Source of the DNA: Octopus bimaculoides
Lineage: Eukaryota
Length of the DNA: 64,000 nt
Reading direction: 5' to 3'
NCBI RefSeq assembly: GCF_001194135.2
Contig: NC_068981.1
Span: forward strand, 20,488,989-20,552,988
The position numbers were made by a program, and so were the translations under genes. Within the stretch, counting starts at the first letter, position 1; every line of letters begins with the position of its first letter. The notes below the pieces were generated by a model. The model was not told the origin of the DNA. It did not search any database and saw only the letters and a list, made by a program, of their open reading frames with translations. Positions 1-12,866 of this stretch are shown piece after piece.

Positions 1-1096
1 CTCCAGTTCTTGTAGTGATGATGGTGGAGGATATCGACTCCTTACTTGTTTTTCCCAAATACACCATAAATATTCAACAATATTGAGATCTGGAGACTGT
101 GGTGGCCAGAAAAGATGTTCAACTTCACTAGAATGCTCCTCGTGTCATTCAGTAACAACTTTAGCTGCGTGAATTGGTGCATTATCATCCTGAAAGATTG
201 CGTTTCCCTCCAGAAACACTTCTGTAACCATAGGATGAATTTGATCAGATAAAATGCTTAAATAGTCTTGGCTATTAATTCTGCCATAAAGGGAAACCAT
301 TGGGCTGGTGGATTTCCAAGATATAGCTCCCCAGATCATCACAGATCTTCCTCCATGTTTAGCAGTTGGAAGAAGGCAGTCTGAGTCAAATACTTCTTTT
401 GGCTGTCTCCACACGTATACTCAGCCAGTGGTCGGAAATAAGGTAAAGGATGACTTGTCCAAGAAAATAACATTCTTCCACTGCTCTAGGGACCAATTCT
501 GTAGGTTTTTACTCCACTCTAAAAGCTTTGAAATGTTTGTTTTTGAAAAGTAGTGGTCTTCTGATTGTAGCCCTCACATTAAATCCAGCTTTGTGCAGCT
601 CCCAGCGAACAGTTTTTGTGGAAACTGGGTTCTCGAAGTGGTCATTAAGCTCTGCCGTAATTTTGGGAGCTGTACTATTGTGAACCTTTCTAACAATTCG
701 TGTAAGAGTCTGATGGTCCCTATCTGAAAGTTTTGGTTTTCTTCCGTAATTTTGTTTCAACAAGGAGGTTTTTCCCTCTTTCTCAAAGGCTGTCATTACT
801 TTCGAGACAGTACTTCTTGATACACCAAACATTTTGGCTGTTTTTGTTATGCTAGCACCTGTCATATGAGCACCAACAATTTGACCTTTTTGAAAGTCCG
901 ATAGATCTGTCATTTTAATGAATTTTAATTACCTTTTGCTGATGATATCTGAAAACAAACATCAATTTTAGCAAAACATATTAAGCAATACTAATAATAA
1001 ATCAAAAAACATAAAAATAAACAAACTTTTGATGGTTTTATAGATATTTCAAAATTATGATGCTAGATGTTTCCATTATTTTGTTCAACTCCTGTG
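1..1096 (-). mobile_element. Tc1-like DNA transposon, decayed (DD36E spacing), runs off the window start
   Basis: ORFs 509-913 (HTH; MTDLSDFQKGQIVG...) and 145-414 plus flanks give FLDKS / FQDDNAPIH / WPPQSPDLNIVE. Stops and a frameshift are present. TIR-like end CAGGAGTTGAACAAAATAATGGAAACA next to TA at about 1068-1098. Confidence 0.93.
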
Positions 1097-1100
1097 TATA

Positions 1101-1203
1101 TAGTAGAAGACACTTGCCCAAGTTGCCACAAAGTGGGATTGAACTCGGAACCATGTGGTTGATAAGCAAGCTACTTAACACACAGCCACTCCTGCACCTA
1201 TAG
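1101..1203 (-). mobile_element. 5' head fragment of tRNA-derived CORE-type SINE (family B, OR2-like)
   Basis: Reverse complement TAGGTGCAGGAGTGGCTGTGTG...CTTGGGCAAGTGTCTTCTACTA matches the heads at 4565, 5732 and 56590. Confidence 0.8.
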
Positions 1204-1306
1204 GGTCTAAATATTTTATAAGGAAAATAAGTATAATAAAATTATTAATAATAAAACGGTTAGAATTGGTTTTTCAGTATCTAAAAACTTATTTAGAATT
1301 ATCTCT

Positions 1307-1800
1307 TTGACTAATAACAATAAATTATACATTTTTTATAGTAATAGACATAACAATACTTTAATTATTAACACTAATAATGGACCTAATCAAAATCATG
1401 TAGCTAGAATTTGTGATTGTAGGTTTAAAGATAAATGTTATTTCAATAATTTTTGTATCCAAAGTAACCTTATATACAGATGTAGGGTAGAACTGAAGGA
1501 AATAATTCTTTTTATATTAGGGGAACCGAAAATTTTATTAAACGATGTATTGCAAACTGAATATACTTTTAGAAACAGAAATAAGTTGTGTAGCACCAGT
1601 TTAAGTGAAATTATATGGAAGTTAAAGGATAATAATAAATTATATAACCTTAAATCACAAATACTTAGTCATACTAAATCTTATGAAATTTCTGATTGAT
1701 AACAGATGTAACTTGTGTGAGGAGGAAATATACCAAATTTGAACATCAAAAATGAAACTTCTTAATGACAGACAAGACAGACACTCTTCAAAATATATGT
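1307..1800 (+). mobile_element. Penelope-like element, GIY-YIG endonuclease remnant
   Basis: ORF 1307-1699 contains CDCRFKDKC...SNLIYRCRV...STSLSEIIWKLK, the Cys linker and GIY-YIG layout of Penelope. Confidence 0.8.
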
Positions 1801-1911
1801 TTAGAAAATATAATTAAGTTCAATTGATTATTTGAAGGATTATTGGATATTAAAGTATAAACTAACTATTTTAGATAATTAAATATTATATCATTATATA
1901 ATCTTTAGAAA

Positions 1912-1943
<32 letters not shown>

Positions 1944-2014
1944 CTGTATATATGTAGATATATGCAAATATATGTATATGTATATATCTAGCTTTATATT
2001 TGTAATTCATATCA

Positions 2015-2160
2015 TCATCATCATCATCATCGTTTAACGTCCGCTTTCCATGCTAGCATGGGTTGGACGATTTGACTGAGGACTGGTGAAACCGGATGGC
2101 AACACCAGGCTCCAGTCTGATTTGGCAGAGTTTCTACAGCTGGATGCCCTTCCTAACGCC
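2015..2160 (-). mobile_element. 3' fragment of (ATG)n-tailed RTE-related repeat (family A)
   Basis: Shares TTAGGAAGGGCATCCAGCTGTAGAAAC...GCATGGAAAGCGGACGTTAAACGATGATG with more than 12 other copies (e.g. 2560-2745, 3815-4070, 22000-22205, 29540-29705, 32340-32612, 51540-51670, 52575-52787). Confidence 0.85.
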
Positions 2161-2477
2161 AATATATACACACACATATTTATTAGTGTATTTGTATGTA
2201 TGTATACTATTATTATTATTATTTAGTAAATTAATTAGAATCATTTATCTATAATCAATATTTTATTAAGTAATATAATACTAAGGTTTTATTAATCTAA
2301 AAGTATATTGTCAGTAGATTATCTTATAATAATGTCTACTTAAATTCCATTATATTATAATGTAATTCTATATTAGATATAATCATTTTAAATAGGTTTT
2401 AAATTTGTAATAATTATAATTTTAATTCATCATCACTATCATCACCATTGTTAAACATCCACTTTCCATGCTAGCAT

Positions 2478-2533
<56 letters not shown>

Positions 2534-3121
2534 GTAGATAGATAGATACTGGTGTCATTCAAATGGCATTCATGCCAGTAACATGTAAAAACAACCATTA
2601 CCCTCTCAGAGTGGTTAGTGTTAGGAAGAGCATCCAGTTGTAGAAGACATTCCAAGTCGGTCTGGATCCTGGCACAGCCTTCCAGGATGCCAGGCCAGTC
2701 AAACCATCCAACCCATGGGACAATAGACGTTAAATGATGATGATGCTAATCTAATATAATGAATGTAAATGTCAGTGTGTCACATTTTTTCAACTTTACT
2801 CCTACATGCGCTGGCCTAACATATCTTACCATTTTGGAATCAGGCTGACACCATGAGTAAATTAAAAACATTCTGGGCCGAATCCAGACACTCAATCCTG
2901 AAATTTTGGATTCCCAAAATTTCATTATGAGCGTACAAAAAGTAAAGAAAAATTAGGGAGAGATAACTAATAAAAGAAGCGAAGGGAAGTAAGTCAACTT
3001 ACTTTACCAAAATGAGTTTACATCACACCAAAATTAGTTTAGTTTGGAATTGGAAATCGATTGAAATGTCACATGGAAGACCAGTGGCACTGCAGTTTAT
3101 TATACTTGAGTGGAAATCCTC

Positions 3122-3570
3122 AATCATGAAACAATGTTATAAGAATCATGGAGTATTACTAAATTTGCAGAATCAGGCAACAACATCCTTCAATGGTTGG
3201 CACGGCACCGTTTAATTATGAACAAGTACACCTGTGAATATTGCAATTCACCATGTGACCTCATCACATGTGGTGACATTATTGATGGAAACGTTTGGTA
3301 CTGCAAGCTTTGTAAATTGTGAAAATCAATCCATCACAGGTCATACTTTGACAAAATTCATGTGCCCCTGTATAACAGCCTTTTAATCATTTATTGTTGA
3401 TCATGCAATATGTCGCAAAATGATATGATGCATGAATCTTCTATACAAAGTAGAACTATGATTGTCGATTGGAGTAATTTCTATGGAGCAATATGTGATG
3501 CTTAATTGAAAAAAATTCAATGCAAATCGGTGGCATCGATGCTAATGGGCAACCAGTCATTGTGGAGATA
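3122..3570 (+). mobile_element. Merlin (ISXO2/IS1595-like) transposase pseudogene, N-terminal half
   Basis: One frame from 3122, read through stops: ILQWLARHRLIMNKYTCEYC...DGNVWYCKLCK*KSIHHRSYF...IVDWSNF. After a frameshift: QIGGIDANGQPVIVEI. This is a CxxC...CxxC finger followed by the IGG..G..VEI(DE) motif. Confidence 0.8.
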
Positions 3571-4564
3571 GTTCAAAAGACTTCAGTTTCCAGTGTGAGT
3601 GAGCTATGCACTGTCAATCAATAGGTCCCAAGTACAATCACCTTATCATGTGGCTTTTAAGCTGGTATATATATATATATTTATATGTAATCTTAGTATA
3701 TGTATATATTTACATTGANNNNNNNNNNNNNNNNNNNNNNNNNNNNNNNNNNNNNNNNNNNNNNNNNNNNNNNNNNNNNNNNNNNNNNNNNNNATATATA
3801 TGCAAAACATTATATCATCATCATCATCATTGTTTAACATCCGCTTTCCATATTAGCATGGGTTGGACGATTTGACTGAGGACTGGTGAACCAGATGGCT
3901 GCACCAGGCTCCAATCTGATCTGGCTGAGTTTCTACAACTGGATGCCCTTCCTAACGCCAACCATTCCGAGAGTGTAGCAGGTGCTTTTACATGCCACCG
4001 GCACGAGGGCCAGTCAAGCAGTACTGGCAACAGCCATGCTCAAAATGGTGTTTTTTATGTGCCACCTGCACAGATATATATATATATATTTATATGTAAT
4101 CTTAGTATATGTATATATTTACATTGATATCTGTATATATGCATCTGTTAACTCATTTTTGTTAATTATTTATAATTTTTTTTATATATTTGGGCAAATG
4201 AATACTGATATGTACTATGTATTGTTACGTGCACATACGTATATATATATATATATATATATATGTATGCATTTATCTATGTCTATACGTGCATAGGTGT
4301 GTATATATGTGCATATGTATCTATGTATGTGTGTGTTATAAGCATTACAATATGTTATATTCTTCTAATAAACTATATAATCTTAGTATAGGATAAGAAT
4401 AATTATGATAATGATATTGAAGTCCTTAGGAAGTTGAAAAGTGATGTTATTTTATATCGAATGATCTTAAATGTAATTACATTCATTTTAATTAAATGTT
4501 AAAGTAGACCCTACTCTAAATATATGTTTCTAACATTATATTATTCCTTCATAAGTATGAATGC

Positions 4565-4965
4565 ATGCACAAGAGTGGCTGTGTGGTAAGTAGCTTGCTT
4601 ACCAACCACATGGTTTCGCGTTCAGTCCCACTGCATGGTGCCTTGGGCAAGTGTCTTCTACTATAGCCTCGGGCCGACCGAAGCCTTGTGAGTGGATTTG
4701 GTAGATAGAAACTGAAAGAAGCCCATTGTATAGATGTATATGTATATATGTGTGTGTCTGTGTTTGCCCCCCCCCCCTCAACATCGCTTGACAACCGATG
4801 CTAGTGTGTTTATGTCCCCGTAACCTAGCAATTCGGCAAAAGAGACCGATAGAATAAGTACTAGGCTTACAAAGAATAAGTCCTGGGGTCGATTTCCTCG
4901 ACTAAAGGCGGTGCTCCAGCATGGCCACAGTCAAATGACTGAAACAAGTAAAAGAATAAAGAGTA
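4565..4965 (+). mobile_element. Near full-length CORE-type SINE (family B)
   Basis: tRNA-like head with GGTTC..AGTCCC, CORE-like CCTTGGGCAAGTG, internal TA/TG microsatellite and tail GACTGAAACAAGTAAAAGAATAAA. Confidence 0.88.
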
Positions 4966-5731
4966 TATTTATTTAAAATGAAATATTTCCCCTGAAAAAT
5001 AAGAAATTTTTATTTATTTATGTAAAAATTAGTATAGATAAAAATTATTCTAGCATAAATATTTATTGTACACCATATTAAAAACATACTTTGTAAATTA
5101 CCTTTGTGCAATTATGTCCCTTCTATTCTGCTGTAAATATAAATGCATATAAACATTATGATGAGATTTTCTCCTCTAAAAACTATGTAATTTTAATTTC
5201 AATTTTAATTTTAGCAGTATTCTTTTTAGTATGGAAATGAGTAATTATCAAAAGGACATTTATGAAGTCCTTATGATTATTATTTTTTTTTTTTTTTTGA
5301 TAACTGGTTAATTCAGCATTTATTTAATTTCTGTAATAATTATGTTACTATTTCGTATGTGTATTTCGTGTACAAGATTCTTGATGTGGATACGTGTGTT
5401 GAAAGAAATACAATTAAACCTTGCAATCTCTTCAGTAACTTGTCTCTCGAAGAGATTGCAAGAGTGCAATGAAATAATTTAACAAAAAACTATATAAATT
5501 AATAAAGGACTGAAGCAGTGTGTGTGTTTATTACCGGCATAATGCCTCTCCCAAGGTTTAATTGTATGTTACTATGATAATATTTTTTAGAAAGTTTCTT
5601 CCTTATATAAACTATGTAATTTTTAATTATTAATCTTTCATATTTAGTAACGATTATTATAAATAATTAATGCAATGTAATTTATATTTGCTTTTTGATT
5701 AGAGATGGTAAAATAATTTGAATATTTTGAA

Positions 5732-5889
5732 TAGGTGCAGGCATGGTTGTGTGGTAAGATGCTTACTTCCCAATCACATGGTTCCAGGTTCAGTTCTACT
5801 GCGTGGTACCTTGGCCAAGTGTCTTCTGCTATAGCCTCAGGCTAACCAAAGCATTGTGAGTGGCTTTGGTAGATGGAAACTGAAAGAAG

Positions 5890-5946
<57 letters not shown>

Positions 5947-6140
5947 CTGTGTCTGTCCCTCCACCATCGTTTGAAAACTGATGTTGGTGTCTTTACATCT
6001 GTGTAACATAGTGGTTCAGCAAAAGAGACTGACAGAGTAAGTACTAGGCGTACAAAGAATAAGTCCTGGGATCAATTTGTTTGAATAAAGGTGGTGCTCC
6101 AGCATGACTGCAGTCAAATGACTCAAACAAGAAAAAGAAT
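5732..6140 (+). mobile_element. CORE-type SINE (family B), diverged full-length copy
   Basis: Collinear with 4565-4965. Confidence 0.85.
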
Positions 6141-7118
6141 TGAAGAAAAAAAGAAAAGAATATTATTTTACTATTTACCCATAGATAGATAGTGTATTGT
6201 AATTATAATAACATGTATTTTTTAATAATATGAAAGAATGAAAGGGATATTTCTTATTTCGCCATGGGTTTTTTTTTTAACATTTTTTTTTTATATTCTT
6301 TTAAATATTGCACTTCGTATTTTTTTTTAAATCAATGTGCTAAAATATATTTAGATTAAAATACTTAATAGTATACAAATATATTCTATGGCTGTTATAT
6401 TACTTTGTTTTTCATATTTTATTTTTGATCTTTGTTTTTGTTTTTAACTATTGATGCTCGTGCTTGAAAACATGAATATATTTAAATTCGGTCTTTTCTT
6501 GGATCTGTGAATCCTCATATATCAAAAATTACACTGTAGAGATTCTTACTCACACACAATGGATTTTTATAATTTTATTATGGATAAGAATCAGCACAAT
6601 TGTATGTGATTTGTATTTAATATTTATTATATTATATTATAAGAATATAATATAATATTATGTTAATAAATTTTAATTTTTGAATTGATAATTGTATATC
6701 TCCATTTTCTTTCCATTTTTATAAATTTAATATACAACCATGTGAATTGTAAAGTTTTTCTTTATTAAATTGGGTATTAAATGGTTGAGCCAGTGAAAGA
6801 TTAGATCTTTTCATCCCTATTTTCCTCGTATTTAAAATATGTGTGTGTATGTTGTGTGTGTGCATGTCTGTATCTCTTTTATATGTATGTATGTGTGTGT
6901 GTATTCGTGGATGTTTGTGTGTATATATCTAGGTATATGTCTATATAACTCTATATCTATACATATGACNNNNNNNNNNNNNNNNNNNNNNNNNNNNNNN
7001 NNNNNNNNNNNNNNNNNNNNNNNNNNNNNNNNNNNNNNNNNNNNNNNNNNNNNNNNNNNNNNNNNNNNNNNNNNNNNNNNNNNNNNNNNNNNNNNNNNNN
7101 NNNNNNNNNNNNNNNNNN

Positions 7119-7409
7119 GCCAGTACCGCCTGACTGGCTCCCGTAGGATTTTCGAGCGAGATCGTTGCCAGTGTCCCTAGACTGGCTTGTGCAGGTGGCA
7201 CATAAAAGACACCATTTCGAGCGTGGCCGTTTTCGTGCGGGTGACACGTAAAAGCACCCACTACACTCTCTGAGTGGTTGGCGTTAGGAAGGGCATCCAG
7301 CTGTAGAAACTCTGCCAAATTAGATTGGAGCCTGGTGTTGCCATCCGGTTTCACCAGCCCTCAGTCAAATCGTCCAACCCATGCTAGCATGGAAAGCGGA
7401 CGTTAAACA

Positions 7410-7440
<31 letters not shown>
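7119..7440 (+). mobile_element. Family A repeat, 3' part with (ATG)n tail
   Basis: Family A 3' motifs followed by a pure ATG run. 5' end lies in a gap. Confidence 0.85.
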
Positions 7441-7879
7441 CTAGGTGTGTGTCAGTCTTATGGCCATCAGTCTTTTGTCCCTGCCAAGGTTGGGGGTTTT
7501 ATGTTTGTTGCTCTATGTTATATATATCATCACCCTTTCTTTCATTCCCCTCCCTAATATCTTTTATCAGCACATACACACACACACACACACACACGCA
7601 CACACACACACACACACGCACACACACACACACAAGTTGGTCACCACTTGTCTTTTTTTTAATCTTTTTTATCTTAAAAAGTCTTAATGACCTTAAATGC
7701 TGTGGTTTTATTCCTTCCTACTCCCCCACACACACACATCCTTCCTCCTCCTTTCACTAAATTTGTATGTCAATATGTATATGTATGTGTGTAGTTTATG
7801 TCTGTGTGTGTGCGTGTGTCTCTGTCTGTGTATATGTATCTATGTGCATTCCTATGTTTGTGTATCTGTTTATTATTTG

Positions 7880-7951
<72 letters not shown>

Positions 7952-8029
7952 TTTATTTATATATGTATGTGTGTGTGTTTATATATATAGATATGTGTGT
8001 GTGTGTATATATATGAAGCACAACTTTCG

Positions 8030-8837
8030 AACATTGGTCCTTACCAAGGCAATGACTAGTGAACAAGACCTTTGGAGATATGCTGTGCTTCAGAAGGCCT
8101 GACAAGCCAAGTAAGACCATGGCCCATGGCCTATGCTAGTGGGTGTAACCAACCCACTTAGGAATACTCCTCATTCATTGGACAATAAACTTTGCTTGCA
8201 AAGACTTATTGAGGCAAGTGAAATCAAAATCAAAATCACTGATGTGGCCGATGACAGTACCACCTGATTGGCACTCATGCCAGTGGAATGTTAAGAGTAC
8301 ATCTGAACGTAGGTTGTAACCAGCCCACTTATGAGTACTCCTCATTCATTGAACAATGAACTTTGTTTGCAAAGACCTATTGAGGCAAGTGAAATCAAAA
8401 TCAAAATTGCTGACGTGACTGATGACAGTACCGCCTGGTTGGCACTTGTACCAGTAGAACGTTACAAGCACATTTGAGCGTGATCATTGCCATGACCACG
8501 GATATGCTCCCGTACTGGTGGCACATGAAATGCACCATTCGAGTGTAATCGTTGCCAGTGTTGCCTTACCTGCACATGTGCAGGTGGCATGTGAAAAACA
8601 ACATTCAACTGTGGTCATTACCAGTTCTGCCGGACTGGCCCCCATGCCAGTGTCACGTAAAAGCATCCACTACACTCTCGGAGTGGTTGGCATTAGGAAG
8701 GGCATCCAGCTACAGAAACTTTGCAAGATCAGATTGAGCCTGGTGCAGGCTCTGACTCACCAGTCTTCAGTCAAACCGTCCAACCCATGACAGCATGGAA
8801 AGTGGACGTTAAACGATGATGATGGTGATGATGATGA

Positions 8838-8840
<3 letters not shown>
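8030..8840 (+). mobile_element. Longest family A copy, with an internal ~175-bp tandem subrepeat
   Basis: Start GACCTTTGGAGATATGCTGTGC matches 10578. Units at about 8143-8315 and 8315-8490. (ATG)n tail. Confidence 0.8.
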
Positions 8841-8872
<32 letters not shown>

Positions 8873-9448
8873 TAAAAATGTAGAGACTCTCAACACGACC
8901 GATCTTTATTCCATTTATTTAATTATTTACCATTCGATGTCAATATGCTATATTGGTAACGATTACAAAATTTACTGGAAAATTATATATATATATATAT
9001 ACATATAATTAATATAGACAGCAGTCTGCAATGTTTTACCAGAAAAGTAAAACTGTAACTGTCAGTAGATTGCTAGAAATAAGAGCTATATATATATATA
9101 TAACAACAGATGGATAATGGTTCATTCACTACAGCTGTTTCCAACGAATTTTTTAATTGATGAACAGAGATATTACATCATATGGAAAAAGTTTTCATCA
9201 AGTGAATATATATGAATTACACATTTAAAATGTACTCTATTGACTTTCTCATTGGTAATACCTTTCCCTATATATTATGCACAAAGTAATTATTTTCCCA
9301 AATAAATTACACTTCATATTTGAGGCTCTGATGAAACTATAAGGTGTTATTCAGACATTCAACTATGAGTCCACTGCATTTTATAGCAGAAACAACTGTA
9401 AGCTAATGAAGTTCATAACATATTCGTTTTTTCCTATGTCATCTCATT

Positions 9449-9483
<35 letters not shown>

Positions 9484-9488
<5 letters not shown>

Positions 9489-9681
9489 GTAAAAATATGT
9501 GACACTTATTCGGTAGCCATGATAAAACTCCGAGTTTCAGATGCCGGGGTGGGAGCCCACCCCAACATCTTTTCAGTTGTTGACCATTGAAAATTCCTGT
9601 TGGCGTGGGCTCCCACCCCGGCATCCAAAACTCGGAGTTTTATCATGGCTACCGAATAAGTGTCACATATTTTTACAGATA
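9484..9681. repeat. Foldback/MITE: 83-bp inverted arms with a 32-nt spacer
   Basis: 9484-9566 is the reverse complement of 9599-9681 with 3 mismatches. TA at both ends. Confidence 0.92.
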
Positions 9682-10629
9682 AATTCCTCTATTTACATAA
9701 TATTGAGGTCTCTTTCTTTCTTTTGTTGTCCTTCCTATTAATATATATATATATATATATATATGAGAGGTATTGGTATCCAGAAGACCCAAGGTGGCAG
9801 GTAACACTATGTAAGTGCTATGGGAGGACCATAGTTAAACTCTTGGTTTGATAGTGATACAAGTGAGGAGTCTAATGCAGGTCTTGTATGAGCATGTATA
9901 TGTTAAATAAAATGAGACAACAAAGCCAAGGCTGTGTGGAATTTGTAGGACATTTATAAAGGGAAAGGTAGTCTTACAGATGTTTCCGGGATATTAGGGA
10001 TATCCCTTCGTCAGAGACGATGTGAGATGGTTAAATAGAGGGAAATATTAGAGTTCAATATAGGAGTTATTTTGGAAAAGGAAACAAATAGGGAGTGTAT
10101 AGGGAAATAGGAGAATGAATGTAGAAATAAAAATGTATAAAGATGTTATATATATTATGTTGTGTCTTATTTCAGTAGCAGCTTACCTACCTTAGCAGTA
10201 GCGGGAATAACAGTAATACCTCTGGAATGAGGGGCATTAACATCTGTAGCCACAATGATGCAAATGCAACACATCTTCCTTTTCTTTGGTTCTTATACTA
10301 CTTGAGATGATTTAAATCCTCACTCAAATTCAATTGATCATACTACTTTTATATTATCTAGCAATACCTCTAAGGTTGTGGATTCTAATACTGATCTTCA
10401 AAGCACTGTTATTCTTCATCTCAATTGCTTTAGCCCTGGAATGAATACTATCTAAAACAACCATTATTGATTAGGTTTATATGTATGTATGTGTGTGTGT
10501 ATTCGTGGATGTTTGTGTGTATATATCTAGGTATATGTCTATATAACTCTATATCTATACATATGACTACTGACCGAGACCTTTGGAAATGTGCTGTGCG
10601 TGAGAAGACCCGGCAAGCCAAGTAAGATC

Positions 10630-11545
10630 GCCTAACTTCCCTTTGACCATCAAATAGTAGAGATACTAACACCTCTATTCCTGCTCCTGGGATAAACCAT
10701 TGTCTTGACCAATATAGGACACAAATAGAGCAAAAGCGCACTCATAGTGGGAATATCTGTAATTATCTCTCAACTCTGTCCATTAAATGGGTTTTGCTTG
10801 TCCTGTAATATGATATATAAATGTTTTGTCACAACTCCATCTTTTCACCAAACTAAGATCTACACAGGGGAAACAATTGACTTAAAGTGATACTATGTTA
10901 CTCACCTCATCTCCTTCTCAAATAGGATCTTTAAACAATCTATTTCCCTAGCCATCTACATGCATCACCTCAAGTCCCAGAGTATGCCTTATACTTTATC
11001 ATGATTTATAGTTTATGGTGGAACCCCATACACTGCTAACCTTCATGTTTGTAAATTATGTTACTGAGAATCACTCACAATATTATGCCAAAATCTGACA
11101 TCTTTATTTAATTAATTTTCTGATGTAATCTTCTCTTCCAGGTACAAATTCTATAACACCTTTGCTCATTATGAACAATTATAATTTCTCCATGTCCTTT
11201 GTCTTAGCTAAAATGCTATTTTTCATTAACATTTTTTTTTCCTACTACTCCCACTCCCTTACCTCAATGCTTAATTTTCTCGTGCCTCTGTGTCCATTAC
11301 CTCTGATGTTCTTAACTGCTTTATTGTCTGAGAACAACTTTGAGCCCCTGTTAGGTTAAGTGACTACACTTTCTTTTGGTCAGCTATTAACTATGTCTTC
11401 TTTATATCTGGTCTTTGTCAGGTTGTATCTTCATCCTGTCTTGCCTCTTAACTACCTCAACTCTCCCATTATTTCAATCTACTTCCCCCAGTCATATTCC
11501 TTTCTCTTCTCCTTAAGCATTTATATTTGTAAACACTACTAGATA
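10630..11545 (+). mobile_element. Highly decayed Penelope-like element
   Basis: 10786-10890 reads NGFCLSCNMIYKCFVTT...KIYTGET (GIY-YIG motif), followed by a pyrimidine-rich tail. Boundaries approximate. Confidence 0.55.
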
Positions 11546-11833
11546 GCTTGCATTTACCGCTCTACTCTTGAAAGGGGTGGTACTTTAACAATTTCATCTA
11601 GTCTTCTCACTGGAAACACACCTATGACATCATGCACATATATATTAATATAGTTATTATGTACATTAAAGACTCTTGGCTGTTGAGATAAGACATTACA
11701 TAAATTTCTTTTACCTTTGTATATATTTTTCTTTTCTGCATTTTGTACTCCATGTAAATATATGTCTCAAACCTGTGTTTATCTACTCTACTGCCTCTAT
11801 ATTGATAAGTTATTTTACTACACCTGTTTTCAG

Positions 11834-12456
11834 ATACCATTAATAGAAGCCATTTTGATCATTCTCCCAAAGAACAGATAAATTTTAACAAAAATATCAC
11901 AGAACTCAAACCTTTAATGAAAAGACAGAAACGCCATGGTGAAACATTATTTCCTTTACCACCTAGATTGGTTTTGCTGGCAGTGGTCTATCTCAAACAG
12001 GTTTTCCATCAAATCAATATTAGTGCTTATCATAGTGTAACCCTGTCTTGTGATAATGTTATATCCAGAGCTATCTATGATGAATTCCCAATGGCCATCC
12101 TGTTCTGGGAATTTAATGACCAACCTTTTAATATTGATCCATCTTCCATGCTTTATAAATCCATATCTAATGAATTGGTCCTCATCTCAGCACAACCAAA
12201 GAACAGTGGTGTTTATACATGTCAAATGACACAGAATTTCCAGTGGGTTCAAGTGGTGGATGTGTTTGTCCTACAGGTATATTCAGAAGAAGTAAAAACA
12301 TATTACAAAGAGAAAACCAAACTGCGTTTGAGCTGCCATGGTGAGGCACTAATGGAAATATTTCCTGGTGTGAAAAGGATATGGTATCGTAATAATACTG
12401 CGGTATATATTAATGATAATGTTCAATCAGATGTTGTTGATATCCCTTCAGAAAAG
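11834..12456 (+). CDS. Gene A exon: Ig domain 1 and most of Ig domain 2 of a type I membrane protein
   Basis: Acceptor TGTTTTCAG|11834 (phase 1), open to donor AAG|GTGAGA (phase 0). Ig motifs VTLSC...LFWEFN...NSGVYTC and LRLSC...RIWYRN. RQKR furin-like site. Confidence 0.88.
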
Positions 12457-12689
12457 GTGAGATACTAATTTTTAATAGGGTTTAACCTCATAGCCTCATA
12501 GCAAATAACCACCACTGTCATCAGTGATTTCATCATCATCCTAATCATTATCATTTTCTTGATCATCATCACTAACATCTTCAGGTATGCATTTCTGTGT
12601 ATTATATTTGTGTCTATTTTATGTTAACAAGTGTATGCATGTAAGGGCACCTGTGTATGTAAGTGCATGTGTATGCATGTGAAGTGCAC

Positions 12690-12780
<91 letters not shown>

Positions 12781-12866
12781 CTTGTGTATGTGTCTGTGTA
12801 GATGGAATTGTTGCTTCCTCACAATGCTCTTCTTACCATTAATATAGTTTGTACTTCATGTTTCAG

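Noticed and set aside
3666-4127. ~52-bp block duplicated at 3666-3718 and about 4075-4127
   Set aside because: The first copy abuts a gap, so it is most likely a scaffolding or haplotype artefact.
6552-6601. Plus-strand segment ILTHTQWIFIILLWIRISTI with GTATGT donor, as a possible gene A signal exon
   Set aside because: No ATG, and the phase-0 donor does not match the phase-1 acceptor at 11834 without an unidentified exon.
9439-9741. Mirror-image ORFs MPGWEPTPT on both strands
   Set aside because: A consequence of the foldback palindrome, not protein coding.
10191-10243. Minus-strand segment MLMPLIPEVLLLFPLLL with AG/GT ends
   Set aside because: Signal-like, but could not be chained to any other exon; may be chance.
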